Positions 44,056-57,814 of a stretch of 64,000 nucleotides of DNA are shown in pieces (position 1 is the first letter of the stretch; each line of letters starts with the position of its first letter). The translations under genes were made by a program, and so were the position numbers. Below the pieces are notes generated by a model. That model worked only from the letters and a program-made list of their open reading frames with translations. It did no database searches and was not told the origin of the DNA. Source of the stretch: Rotaria socialis (taxonomy: Eukaryota); NCBI GenBank assembly GCA_905331295.1, contig CAJNYD010000224.1:1-64000 (forward strand), given 5' to 3'.

Positions 44056-45062
44056 TAGTCAATGTGACTTTATGCGCAGTTAGTTTGTGTTTATTTTTTA
44101 ATAAAAAATGATCTGAATTTTAATTATAAGATTTTAAACTCTTTTCACAGAAATGTTAAAATATTGTTTTGATTAATGCCATTAGCATCTTACGAATAGT
44201 TCAGAGAAATAAATGCACTAATAATAGTTTCTAAATTTCTTATATATTCTTCATATTATTGCCATAAGTTTTGATCAATAGATGACAATGGAAACGGACT
44301 GTAAACTGTAATATATTTCAATCAGAAAATGATTTCACCTGTGTTAAAATTACTCTCTTAGTATAAGCATTGTAGAATTAAAATATGAAATATGGTGTAG
44401 TGTTAGTTGGGTTCTTCTTAGGGACACTATTTATTTTATTTTACTCAATCCACTTTGAGTATACATTTCTTCGCTATGCATTTCTGCATATTCTCCAAAT
44501 ATACAATGAGAAATAAATTCATGTATTATAGTGAGACATTAAAGATGTGCAGCCTATANTAGTCAATGTGACTTTATGCGCAGTTAGTTTGTGTTTATTT
44601 TTTAATAAAAAATGATCTGAATTTTAATTCTAAGATTTTAAACTCTTTTCACAGAAATGTTAAAATATTGTTTTGATTAATGCCATTAACATCTTACGAA
44701 TAGTTCAGAGAAATAAATGCACTAATAATAGTTTCTAAATTTCTTATATATTCTTCATATTATTGCCATAGGTTTTGATCAATAGATGACAATGAACACG
44801 GGCTGTAAGCTGTAATATATTTCTATCAGAAAATGATTTCACCCGTGTTAAAATTACTCTCTTAGTATAAGCATTGTAGAATTAAAATATGAAATATGGT
44901 GTAGTGTTAGTTGGGTTCTTCTTAGGGACACTATTCATTTTATTTTACTCAATCCACTTTGAGTATACATTTCTTCGCTATGCATTTCTGCATATTCTCC
45001 AAATATAGAATGAGAAATAAATTCATGTATTATAGTGAGACATTAAAGATGTGCAGCCTATA
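44056..45062. repeat. 503-bp direct duplication on either side of an N (probable haplotype-overlap assembly artefact)
   Basis: 44056-44558 and 44560-45062 are near-identical (about a dozen differences by eye) and separated only by the N at 44559. Confidence 0.85.
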
Positions 45063-45906
45063 TTTTTGTATTGACAAAGTCTGTTTCCATCTGTGATATT
45101 TCCATACGCATGTGGGGGCTTGTCTGTTTTCTATTCACACGCTAGGTTTTTTCCTGGATTGTTATATGACTTAACAGGGTGCTTTGCAGTGGTGTGATAT
45201 TTATTCAAGATGATTATGAAGAGAAAAAGAAATATCAGAGGTGGATTGTTTTCATAATACTTTGATTTTTAAAAATGTGTAAATATGATATTTTTGACAG
45301 AGGCGGGGGAAGGGGAGAGGCGTGTATTGACCCTTTCTTATTTTAAGATCATTTTTTGTGGGGAAAAAACAACTGTGACTGGAACAACCGGAATTTTGTG
45401 ATGCAGAAAAATTGTCATTGATTAATCTGAATTGCAATAGATTGCTCACGAAGATACGTAGTTGAATTGATGAATATGCAACAATCCATTGAGAAATAAA
45501 ATGTTAAGAGCTCTTTCAATATTGACAAAGATACTCACGGTAGTCGAGTAAAATAATGAAAACCATATGAATCAGCTTCTGCGCTTTTTTTAGTTCTCAA
45601 TCTGTGTCGTCAACGGTGACATCATTATAATCGATAATAAATATTTAATACACCGTAAAATTACAAATATTGATACCTAATGCAATAAATCCAGTTTATG
45701 ACTAATAAAATAAATGTATCAAATTTACACTTAGCTTTCTTGAAATTGAATCATCAAAATTTAAAAATGAGGATATTTTTCTGAGAAAAATGACGCATAC
45801 AGAGATGAACATTTTCATCATGATTCGATTGTTCTCGTGATGATTATATCTCTTAATTATGTAATTAACATGTTAATAATCAATTGATTTGACTTCTCTT
45901 CCCTAG

Positions 45907-46957
45907 AGCCAATATAAATTCTTTGCTGTCTCTGTGAGAAGTTTTATTGCCACGTGGATTATTATCTATTGCTTTTCTTCTATTATTCCTGGAAAAATAC
46001 TTACATTTGATAATAATGTCTTTGTTTGTGATAATATATGCATCCGAACGTACTTAACAGATACTTAAGTTTTTCTTTGAGAGCAATAGCTACTACTTTT
46101 TAGAGTCATTTACTTTCAAGTGCCAAAAACCACGCAACAAATAAAAGATATACTATCGGATCCTGATGGTAAACTTGTGAATATTGCACTTAATGTACCT
46201 ACCAAGGGCGCGAAACCAGACGGTAAGATCTTACAAGAATCGTACGTTTGATCATATCTGATCTGATAAGATTAGACGAAAAATCGTCGTCTCTGATTTC
46301 TTACACTAAGTCGTATCAGAAGGTTCTTGAAAGGTTCTGTTACCCATGAAATATCACTGTGATATTTTAATTAGACTAATATCTCCTTAAAATCTCACGA
46401 CAAATTTGTGTTGAAAATAAATTGTATGTGCGATCTTTAAAGGAAATATAGTATGATATGATGCAAGACTTCAGAGACGATGATTTTCTGCTTGATGCTT
46501 ATAAGATTTCGTTCGAATCGTGAGATATGACGTCCGGATTGTAAGATTTTACGTCAGATTTTCCGACCTGGGTACACATCTACAGCAGCGTCAATATATG
46601 GGTATGTTGGAAGATAGTAATGCAACATCCTGTACATTTGACTGGTATGATGCGCAAGCATTTGATGCCAAATATCTTGAAAATTATATTTGTTCATTCG
46701 TGAGCACTGCTGAAAATTTCTTGAATGAACCTATTGGCTTTGGCCCACCACAGAAACCAAATCCATACTATTTTACACAATGTCAAAAATGTCTATGTAT
46801 CATTTTGACAAACCGAGATATTGGAAAAAAACTTGTATGTATGAATCCAGAACCACGATGTATCCATTATAATTGTACTCAAGCACTACCCACTACCGAG
46901 TTCATGAGGGATGCTCTGGAAATAGTGAAGGAGCATTTTAAATTTACTTCCACATGA
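45907..46957 (+). pseudogene. Unknown Cys-containing protein gene interrupted by a MITE
   Basis: Open exon 45907-46049, 54-nt GT-AG intron, then an exon from 46104. Removing the MITE and one TA restores ...LVNIALNVP-THLQQRQYMGM... in frame to the stop at 46957. A possible frameshift lies in an upstream exon near 45780. Confidence 0.6.
46202..46572. mobile_element. MITE family A, copy 1 (imperfect TIRs, TA flanks)
   Basis: The left end ccaagggcgcgaaaccagacggtaagatcttaca is an imperfect inverse of the right end tgtaagattttacgtcagattttccgacctggg. TA lies on both sides and a second copy is at 63555-63936. Confidence 0.88.
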
Positions 46958-47002
46958 AGATGCTCAGAACATGATTTCTTATACAAGCCTATGTGCAAAA
47001 AT

Positions 47003-47237
47003 CAAGGGAGACACGACGGACTTTTGAACTTGAAGTAACTTTGAGCTACTTTCAACGGTACACTTCGAAGAATTTTTCTACTTCAAATTTACTCGAAGTT
47101 GCGTGAAGTTACATCTAAGTTGCAAAGCTACTTGTTCTTATTTCGGACCACTTGAGTGGTATTTTTCGCTACTGCAAGCATGTACTTTGACTTACTTTGA
47201 CGTACTTTTCTACTAGAAGTTCGCCATTTTCCTCTTG
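47003..47237. mobile_element. MITE with 8-bp TSD (hAT- or P-type termini CAAG...CTTG)
   Basis: GCAAAAAT at 46995-47002 and 47238-47245. Degenerate 21-bp TIRs (14/21 by eye); interior rich in ACTT/AAGT motifs. Confidence 0.6.
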
Positions 47238-48309
47238 GCAAAAATATCTTTTATATTAATTTTTTCATTTTTCATTTCTTTTTTGCTTAGTAAATATTGA
47301 AAATCAATCGAGTGAACATTGAAAATAATATTTACTTTGAGAAAGTAGCAATGTTCAGACTACTAAATTAGAAAGTCCCACGAATTTGATGCATTTGTCT
47401 TGTGAATTGTTTGATACTCCCCAAAATAGTATAATTTTCAAAAATATGCATAATTCTACACTTACTGGAACTGGCTGAAATCAGAAAATTTTCTAAAAGT
47501 TTTCAATACTCTCAAAAATTTTTGATTTGCAGTTGGATTTCGTTATCAAGTCGATGGAACTTTGTGTACCTCTGGCAGTTTATTTCTCTAGAAATTGGAA
47601 CATACTTCTTTATATTACGATCTAGAGATACGTGAGTATTCATGTAACCATCATTAACAGGCTCTTATCGATAAAATACAATACATGTATATATATATAC
47701 GTATATATAATATAGATATATACATTTCAAGCAGTAAGAATATATCCTCCAATGACTATATAACAGAGTGGATCAGTGATCGTTGCTTTTTTTTCTTGAT
47801 TTTCCTCTCTAACACAGTTGAAGTCCAAAGAAATGCATATCATATTGTTGAATACTTTATCAAATTCTATGGTAATTCATTAAAACAAAACATACCTTAC
47901 ATATTGAGAAAATTTTTAGTCTATACAATCTATTATTCGTTGTTCTATGTAGATCTACTATATCTATTGTATCACCTGTCAGTAAGAATTAGACTAAACA
48001 TAAAAACCTAGCTAAGAGTTAGTGCAATTCAGCTTTGTCATTACACTATCAAGCAAAGTTTGGAGCGATGCATCTAAACCCAATCGTGTAGTAATATAAA
48101 ATTTTCAGAACAATGATGGGGTGAGCCTTTCTTCAATAGCCATGCTAAATTTCTAATATAAGAGTGCCATCTGCCGAGAGTCTAAAAATGATTGGCGTTG
48201 GCCATGTCACTATATACTCATCATCGCTAGAATGAGTAGAGAAATAAATAGTTCTATTAACTTTTATTTTTTCTGTAACATCTTGATTATTTACTAGAAT
48301 CGCATTATC

Positions 48310-51037
48310 ATGCCGAATGAAAATGCTCCTTATTCTTGTGACACATTTGTTGTTCTACCACCATTAACAGATTCAAATTTTCGCATATTCGGTAAAAATT
48401 CGGATCGACCAGCTAATGAAGTTCAAGAAATTATTTTTGTTTCTAACGAACATACAAATGAAAATAAAGATTTTGTTCAAGTATGTGTTTTTTTCAAAAA
48501 TGACAGTTCATTCAAATCGTTGTTCTTCTCGTAATTCAGTGTACTCATATAAAAATTCCACAAGTATCAACAACTTACCGATGTATTCTGTCAAAACCAA
48601 CTTGGTGTTGGGGTGCAGAAATCGGTGCCAATGAAAACGGAGTTTGCATTGGTAACGAAGCTGTGTTCTCAAAAATAACCTATGAAACACGAGATCACGC
48701 ATTGACTGGTCTCGATATTGTTCGGTTAGTATATATTGTAGAATGTTTATAATTCTCACTTATAATCTAGAAAAAAGAATATATTGTGATTCGATTCATT
48801 GATTTTTAATCATAGGAATATAGAAGAAAAATATTTCTCAATTTTTCTTTAGCAATAATTGAAATGCTGACTAAATTTTCTTCTAAAACCTGTCATGACC
48901 ATATATAAAGATGAATCGTAACTCTGTTGCATTTCATACTCATATATAAAAAACAGTAATTAATATTGAAATCATAATAAAATCTTACATGGTTCATTGC
49001 AAGTACGTAGGAGCATGATCACCTTTTATTCGAATTTCTGTTCTTTAAAAGAGTTGTTTTTTTTCTGAATCGGATCTTTTAATATAGATATATATGAATT
49101 TCCACTAGGATCTGGTTCCCACAAAATTTCATTTTCATATTCTGAAGAATAGTTTGTACATTTACAAAAAGAATGCTTTTGAGGTTCTCATTTAACTGTA
49201 AGTATATTTCTTTGTTTTACACCTTTCATTCATCAGTCTGATAACGAAAGCTAGATCTTTTCTTTGGGAAAAAAATTTTTCAATAAATTTTTTGTAACTG
49301 CAATAGTTTTCTTCGATCAAGAATGTACTGACGAAATTTTCTGTTACAACTAATACCTTTACATAGTAATCTGAAATACTGAATTGCTTCAGTTTATATA
49401 GACAAATGAGCATCATATCACATAGATAATTATTTCAAGAAACAAGTATTGTAATTTTATGAAATTAAGTCAGTAATCAATAGTCTTGTTCATCTATTGA
49501 AAGATCTTCAGATTGAAGATATCTTTGGGTAGAATTTAAATATAAATAAATGAGAAAACATCGGATTCGCATCCGATTGTTACGTGTACTGCAAAAACTG
49601 AGTCGATTTATATATGTTTTGAATAATACTGAGAAAAATTTTTTTAAAAAAAAAAAATCCCTGTACCCCTCCTCAGGGATGGTCTAGTCAATAATGACAA
49701 TTTTTTCGATAACTCAGCCATTTCTTCACAAATTGCTTTCATCTTCGAACTCGACTGAGATATTGATGAGATCATTCTGTATACAAAATTTCATGACAAT
49801 TGGATGAGGCTTTCAAAAGTTATCGTGTTAACGGTCGGCCGGCCCGACACACTGGCCGAATCTAGGGTGTACTCATTCTTTTTGGAGTACACAAAAACAA
49901 TTCTATTCGAGAAAAAACAAATTTATCCTCTTGATGTTTGATATAATTCGATAAATACTAAAACGATCTAGAAGATATGTTCTATAAATTCTATTTTTTT
50001 CAAAGCATATGATACCTCCCAGTATATAGGCAATTGAAAATTCTAAAATTGAATAGGTTGACGAATTTTTCAGGCTGACATTAGAACGTGCTAAAACAGC
50101 AAGATTGGCAGTTCACATAGTTGGTGAACTTGTTGAACAATATGGTCAAGGTGGGCCCTGCTTTGATGCAAGTGCAAATTTTTCTTACGGCTATGATAAT
50201 AGTTTTCTTATTGTTGATGCTGACGAAGCATGGAGTATTGAAACATGTGATCGTGTTTGGGTTGCTAAACAAATTAAAGGTAAACATCGGTCGATTTTGT
50301 CTTTAATAAAGTGCACTCAAATATTTGATTGTGTTATTTATATTATAGAAGGATATTATAGCATGTCAAATGTGTATTCAATTGAAGATGATTATAATAT
50401 TCAATCAAATAATTTAGAAAGATTTGCTCAAGAACAAAATCTATGGGATGGAAAGGATAAATTAAATTTTGCTCAAGCTTTTCAAGGTCCATCACCATGC
50501 ACCGATGCACGATTAAAAGCCGGCCGTAAATTACTTGAAAATTTAACTAAGAATGGTAATTTTTCAATCTTTGATATGATGTCTATTTTACGTGACGATC
50601 AATCTGGCATCTGTGCATTCGATCAAGTTCGAGGCGTTCGTACAACAAGTTCTCAAATATCGGTCTTAACATCAAATAAAAAATCTCACATAGACACGTG
50701 TCATTTTCTAACTGGAACACCTAATCCTAAACAATCATTATTTAAACCATTTATTTTTTCAAATAATGTTCAATTAGGTTCATTAACTGTTTCAACGCCT
50801 GAGAAAGTCACAGCACAACGCATTCATCCGTTATATTCAGCGCATCAGAAAGCAAAATGGGAAAATGTTGATCTGAAACGTTTACAAGATTTCGAACATG
50901 AAGGAATCATGGAAATTATTAATAAACTTAAATCGGCGGAAAATAATAATGTGGATACATATGAAACATTATTTTACGATATAGTATCAGCAGAAATAGA
51001 ATTATTACGAGAGCATCCATGTACAAAACGTTCTTAA
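48310..51037 (+). CDS. SCRN: Secernin (peptidase C69 / Ntn-hydrolase family), 4 exons
   Basis: Exons 48310-48480, 48540-48724, 50074-50279, 50349-51037. Motifs [47 protein letters not shown] and [12 protein letters not shown]. Confidence 0.93.
49577..49900 (+). mobile_element. HINE/Helentron-like non-autonomous element in secernin intron 2
   Basis: 5' ttgttacgtgtactgcaaaa mirrors 3' ttttggagtacacaaaaacaa. 3' hairpin GTGTACTC (49867-74) / GAGTACAC (49885-92), preceded by a GC-rich ggtcggccggcc tract. Confidence 0.5.
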
Positions 51038-51731
51038 ATTTCGAATAGTTAGCTTCATATCATTAATATTATTCGTGCAATATTTTTAACTTAGTCTTTT
51101 AAGAATCGTATATTGTGTTTGTATTTTAATATTCATATTTATATACTTTTTATTTCGATTCATTTAATCTCGTTTTTGAAATATATTCAATAAATTTCAT
51201 AATGACATTCATAATACGGCTGTTAATTAATCAATTTGATCATATGTGACCAAATAAAGGTAATATTGGAGTTATCTTATTCACTATTGTATAAGACAAA
51301 TTCTTTCTGTTTACATCACTCGATTCAGTAGCGATGAATCCATGATACTTGCTACCCATACCAGCGACACATACCATACTTTTTGTTTTTATCCATTTTT
51401 AGACATTTATCAGGAACCAAAGTAGAATTCAATGCATCAAATTTAGCTCTAGATATCACCTACATCCTTTTATTTTCGTCGACATCTTTCATCGTTTGTA
51501 AGGTTTCGAATTAGATTTTAAAAACTTATCGTGATGGTCTGTTAAAATTGCATGTAAAACACCCTAGGTTAGTAATCGAATATTTGGTGGATGAATTCAT
51601 TCCAAACAATTTCCTAACGCAATGGAATTGGATTTCAAATAGTTCGATGACCTGTATCGAGTTGTGCTCAAANTCAGCCCAAAATATGTAAGTTTAAGGG
51701 AGTAATAAAGTGAACACTGATTAAAAATGAC

Positions 51732-52066
51732 CCATTTTCCATCCAATTTCTCATGCCTTCAACTATGCTTTTTCAAAATTTTATTTTTACCATCCGATAG
51801 AGCATGCAAAGATGCAGGGCATGACGTGCTCGGATTTTTAAAAAGTCCTTTCTGTAAGCCGAAAAAGTTTCCAGAATTCACATTCCTTGAAAAACGCCTA
51901 AAAAACTGCAAGTAAATTTTGTAGGCGATCTTTTTTGGGCATAAAAAAAAGCTTTTTCAAAAACCAGAGCACGCCATGCCCTGCGTCTTTGCATGCTCTA
52001 TCGAATGGTAAAAAGAAAAATTCGAAAAAACATAGTTGAAGGCATGAGAAATTGGATGGAAAATGG
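51732..52066. repeat. Long inverted repeat (~115-bp arms) within an N-bounded contig, probable transposon interior
   Basis: 51732-51845 is the imperfect reverse complement of 51952-52066. The segment lies between Ns at 51673 and 52424. Confidence 0.8.
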
Positions 52067-55000
52067 AAAAACATGACTTTGAGAAAAACGCAAAAAACAT
52101 TTTTTCTGCAATTTTTGCTTTTTTTAAAAATTTTCTGCATTTTTCACGCGTTTTTTGCGGAAACTGACCTAACTTGCCATACGTAACTTTTAATTCTGCA
52201 CACGCTGAGCGCTTGATTAATTAATTAATCAGTCTTTATAGGTCAAAGACCTAATTATACTGCCGTTTTTGACATAGAGGACCTCTCAAAAATCACTAAA
52301 AGAAAATCGGTCAAAAATGGTCTTTGGAAAAAAAACTATAGTGATTCTGAAAGAGGAGAACATGGGCTATCACCCCATGGTGTTATCTCAATTTTCAATT
52401 TTTTGACGAAAATCGACTTTTTTNTAGGGGGGGGGAGGTCATAATAAGTTTATGAATATTTTAAATAAATTAGTAGAATAAGGATTTCAGCCTCAAATGA
52501 TTCAAGTATCATTCAGGTATCTTAAAAAATCAAACCGTAATTGGATATGAATTGCTTTCTACCACACTTGCTACAATAAGGAGCACTGTTTTTAACAGAC
52601 AATCGGATTTCAATAGAAAAAAGTATAATAGAAATTTAATTAGTATGATCACCATAATGGAAATAAAATAAACATTGTGATTGTATTACTTCTACCATTG
52701 CTTTAGATCAGATGATGCTTTTTGCTCTATTTACACTCTCATCAGATTATCTATTGCACAGATATGCATTATACACGAATAAGCGATTTCAAGCAACACA
52801 ATACGTCAGAACCCTTTCGACTTCTTTCACACACATACGTCCACTTCTATCTAAATCTACAACAATATTTGATCTACATAAACATTATTCCATATCCAGA
52901 GACGTAGTTATGTTTAAGAGCTAGTGTTGTGAAATTAACATCCATGTTACCATTTGGCATTTTGAATTTTTTTAGAGGTTTATTATCATATTATTTACGT
53001 AAAACTAGAAACCTAATTATTCTGAACATTTTTTTTTTGAAAAGCCAGTAATTTGCAAAGAGGCATACGCAAATAGACAATTGTAAAAATTATTAGTTTT
53101 TCATAGAAATAAACTATTGTATTTTCTTTTTGCAATATGAGAAAATAGGGAATGGTTTTGATTTCGCACCGGCTGTTTCATGGGTTCAGATATCGTCGAA
53201 AGAGAAGATCTGAATACAAGATCTGGGTTGAATGTTCTAGTTTACTAATGCAGAGAATTCAAAGAAGAATTTTGTTAAACCGAGGTCACGCTTGTATTAT
53301 GAAAACTGATTGAGAAAGCATTTATCGATCAACAGTTATTTATTTAATCAAGCTACTTTCTTGTTAATCCTTTTATAGGCTATTCGTTCTTTCCACCTTC
53401 TTCATACTTTTCAGATGACCGACTACTTTAGAACGCCATTATAATTCTCCCTTGTTATATTTTCGTTTCTCTAATTGCTTGATATCCAATAGCTGCTAGC
53501 ATGACACCTGATCTGTCTGAAAACCTCAGTGTTAGTTACTTCTTACATAGTAAATTATAATCAAATTATTGATAGTTGGTTCACAGAAGCAGATAATTTT
53601 GTTCTGAATTCTTTTAAATGTCTTGCATTTTAGACTTGGTTAATGTCAATTTTGTTATCTTCTTTTTAAGAATATCTTGAAGTTGAGATTGTATGTAACA
53701 GGATACTTAGATCCCTCTCAAACTACACAAGCGCATGACATTCGCATTTTCTTCTTGAGTGTGAAGATGTTTGCATCGTTAATTAATAAGATTGGATAAA
53801 ACCTCGTCAGATTGAATATTTCGGTAGCAAATAAAAATCTTTAAAAAAGGCCACAAATACCGACGTGAAAAAACTAACACGTTTGAAATTTAAAATATTT
53901 AACAGTTACATATGGCGTTCAAAACTCGTAATTTTAATACAGTTTATGCATTTTTCGTGTAATGAAAGATGAAAACTTGTCTGATTATGGAAAATAACGA
54001 TTGTAATCAATGAACTTTTCTGTGGGAAAATTTCGCATGATTTATTTTTTTTAAATAATCACACATATCTTGCCATTTTTGTGAAATGCAGATAAATATC
54101 TGTGTGCTGAGTAACTTACTACCACGTATATAAACGATTTATAGGAATGAGATTAATTATTATGAAGATAAGCAAAATACATCTCGAAATTCAAAGTCGG
54201 GTTCATGTATATATGCCAACACAAAACCTCACGGATAATTCTTGATAATTGTTTAGATCTTCGCTGATTATAAGTAACGCAAAGTATTGGTTGGTATTGG
54301 TAGATTTTCATTGTGAAAATTGGCAATCTTTATGTGTCTCCAAATGGTATTGTTACATCCCTAATAATCGTCCTCATTATCAGAATGAATATTCATGTTT
54401 TGTATATGATGATAGGCATTAGTAAAGTATGGTAGTTTAGTTAAAAGCATCCTAAAATATTTGACAGCAATTGATAACTATAATAAAACAAAAAAATGAT
54501 TATTATATTTTTATAACTCAGTTTTTTTGTAAACGTCGATCCTTAAGAATATTGAGTTATTATTACAAGTTTCCCAGGCTTGTCAATACATCAAAGAGCA
54601 AAGTTTCGTCTTGAAAACAATGTGGTCTCAAGTTTTATTTTAATGAGAAAACGCACAGACACAAACAATTATTTAATATTATGATCAAGGAAATCAACGT
54701 GAGAGTTTCTAGTAAATGACAAATAGCATCTTTTCTTTATTCACTCGTTGGTCATTTAATTTCTAGTAAGAAGAAAGAAATCTTTGCTTTTCAAACAATA
54801 GATTTCAACTCCTCTTTGTTTTGTTCGTCAATGAAGAAAACTTGTGAATAAAACTTGAACTTTTGATTAAAATTCTAAAGATAAAACGAAATTTAACGTT
54901 AATATATCTGATTATTCAAGATGAAAATCAGCTATTGAGAGATAAAAAATAGCTGCTATGACAAAAAGATTTTATTTAACAACGTAAATATTCTTGAGAA

Positions 55001-57547
55001 CATCTATTATCTCTAAGAATAAATGTAAATTGTTTTTTAATAAAAAATAAACAATATATTAATGAAACTGCATTGTATTTTAATTGAATGTATTCATATT
55101 TGGTCAAAACATTATTTTACTATTGTCATTGCAGTAAACATATGGAGTCGTGTTACATTTTGCCGAAACAAAAGTCAAACAGGTTTTCTTATATGTTTGA
55201 TAATTCACCTGTCAACATAAATAAAATTACCAAATCCATAGGGGTTCACATGTCGTTCAGTTTCACAAAAATCATCACTGATCCACTGTTAGATTTTTAT
55301 ACATTCCAAAAATGAATAGCAGCAGACAGTGCAAACTACTGACACGTCTGTGTCATTAGTAATTAGAATTATTCCATATAGGTTCACCTGGATTTTAGAT
55401 CCAGACCTAGAACATAATCTAATCGAACATGACCCGATTCGACATGACTGATTTCAGTGTAAATTTGTTTTGTTTGATTTACGCGTTGATGTGATGAAGG
55501 AAAAAACTACAAACTCGAGACAGTAATTATTTCTTCAAAGTAAACTTTCTAGGTCCTTAATGGAATAATTTATTTAATTCCCTACAATAATTTGCCATCT
55601 ACACCGACCGTAGAAACATCTGTTTACAAGGAAAAACCATTCGCATCTAAGTGTTTGTCATGTCTACAATAGTATGGTCTCTTGTTAAGTTTAATTGAAT
55701 GAAAACGGAACTCTAATGAATATAACCTTAAGAAACAAATAGTAATCAAATATTATCAAGAAAAAGCTTCGCAATGCTATCCCTGAGAGATTAATATACG
55801 TATATAAATCATATATTTTCTTTAGTTTTCTTTTACTGATACAGATTATATTAAGTGAAAAATCACAAAACAGACGATAAACTCTTTCCAACAATAACTG
55901 ACTGTTCGAAAAATAATCTGTCGTACTTAGATTTTGTATCTTGAGTCGACCTTTACTTTTTGTTTTATGTTCTTATGTATATACTGTACTTTTTGTTGTG
56001 CTGCCATGCGTCCGCTATTTATCTTCTTGTCTGTTGCGATGTTTTTAAATTACTACGCCTACTATATATTCACAGCAGATCGCAATATGAGATTGCCGAT
56101 GTCAATAACCTTAGAAAAACTAATATAATCTATTCTCGAAGTTTAAAGCATAATTTAATTCATACTTTTTACGTTGGTTCCATGATAAGTTTAGCGAATC
56201 TAAAGACTACTACTGATCTCTCATTCCTTTTTTTATCCCTATCAAATAGTGAGCCATACGCACAAAAATTTGAAAATTTATCCGAATTTCAACACTAGAA
56301 AATTATTCTGAGTTACTTAAATTTTAAGCAACCCTTCGAACTATTCTGAAAACGTCTCATTCAAGCCTTTGCTAACGCCTTCGCTACTGTTTAGCTATTG
56401 GTTTCTGTCGTCCATGAATTATCGAAAAGGAGTGTAATTTGTACAGATGGATCGTTAATCAGGTTTGTTAAGTCTGTCGTAAGTGTCGTTATTTGAATTG
56501 TTGTAGTTATAGTTGATGCTAAAACCGTAGATGTATGACCTCATCGATACTCTCTCCTTGAGTATGATTAATTTTAGAAGTAAGATTTGAAAAGAGTTGA
56601 AAAATATTGTTTCATTTCCATTACACATTATGTTCTGTTGTTAAATATCTAAGTTACACTAATTGATTTGATTTCTTATCTCAATTTTTATCTTTCATAT
56701 TTTATGAGTACATTCGATCTCATGCAACTTTTGAGACAATTGACGGCTAAGAAGACATTTTTCATGTACTGCAAATGCTTCTATGCTAATGCATTTCCGA
56801 TCAAACACAAAGAAATATTTTCCTCCCAGCATGATGATAATGCCAATTTTAAAGACTATAATCAATAAATGTCATACAATCAATCCGTTGAACTTATTTT
56901 CGAAGGCTTCGCGAGATAAAAACATCAAATCAAACACCCTTGTTTTCACTCACGGAAGGAAATACTTTCGAACAGTTTATTGTCAGAAGCTAGCTCAATT
57001 TTGCGTATATCGAAGATTTCATTATGAGGCCATCAAGTTAATTTTTTTACTAATCTTTGATCCATATGGAAATGTTTACTCGTCGTCCCTAGTAATACGA
57101 GCATAAATTGTTTGCTTCCAGTATCTTAATTGGCTCTATTGTTTAGTCTTCTGTAATTCCCTGTATGTAGCCCATGATGAATTGTAATTGATATCTAACA
57201 ATTAAGAAAACGTACAAGAAGAATCGTGATTTCATTTTTATTGGAATTTCATGCAGTTCTTTCATATTTGTATACCATTAGACATGTTTTTCTTTCGACT
57301 CTTTGTTTTTCTTCTACATTGATTTGATTAGGCCGCAAAAATATGTTAGCTTATAGAATTATTTAAAATGCGCTTTCAAAGAAAAACGTCCAGTAAACAT
57401 TGTTGAAAAGATTCGCTTGTTTTTTCAGAAGAAAAAATGTTTTATTTCATCTAAACATATGGATTCGATTCATGATACTTCAGTAAAGATGAAATCTTTT
57501 TCTATTTGAATGTACAACATTACATTTGCTATGCTTTAGATTATAGA

Positions 57548-57814
57548 ATGTCATCTGTAACACAAGCTTCATCAACTGAGGTATGTGAAGAAGAAAATTT
57601 GGCTATTTTACTAGCACTATATTTGGTTATCTATTTGATAATTGGCGCTGTTATATTTGCGGTTGCTATGTATTCTCTTCGCAGATGTTTCGATAAAGTC
57701 AAATTCCCCGATGGAAATAGTAAGAAGAAAGTAGACAACGAAGTATCGCGTACCAACAGTCGAATGAGCCTTGTTTCGCGAGAAAAACATCGAATCAATA
57801 TGAAAAAAGACTGA
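57548..57814 (+). CDS. Small single-pass membrane protein (88 aa)
   Basis: ATG just after an acceptor-like TATAG. Short acidic N-terminus, TM LAILLALYLVIYLIIGAVIFAVAMYSL, then RRC and a basic tail (positive-inside pattern). Confidence 0.6.
   Translation: MSSVTQASSTEVCEEENLAILLALYLVIYLIIGAVIFAVAMYSLRRCFDKVKFPDGNSKKKVDNEVSRTNSRMSLVSREKHRINMKKD

Noticed and set aside
46520..46957. 145-aa ORF as a standalone gene
   Set aside because: Its GTG start and first ~18 codons lie inside the MITE; it is better explained as the 3' part of the interrupted gene.
53150..53850. Possible decayed coding or transposase remnant on the minus strand
   Set aside because: Multiple stops and no recognisable motif; needs tBLASTx.
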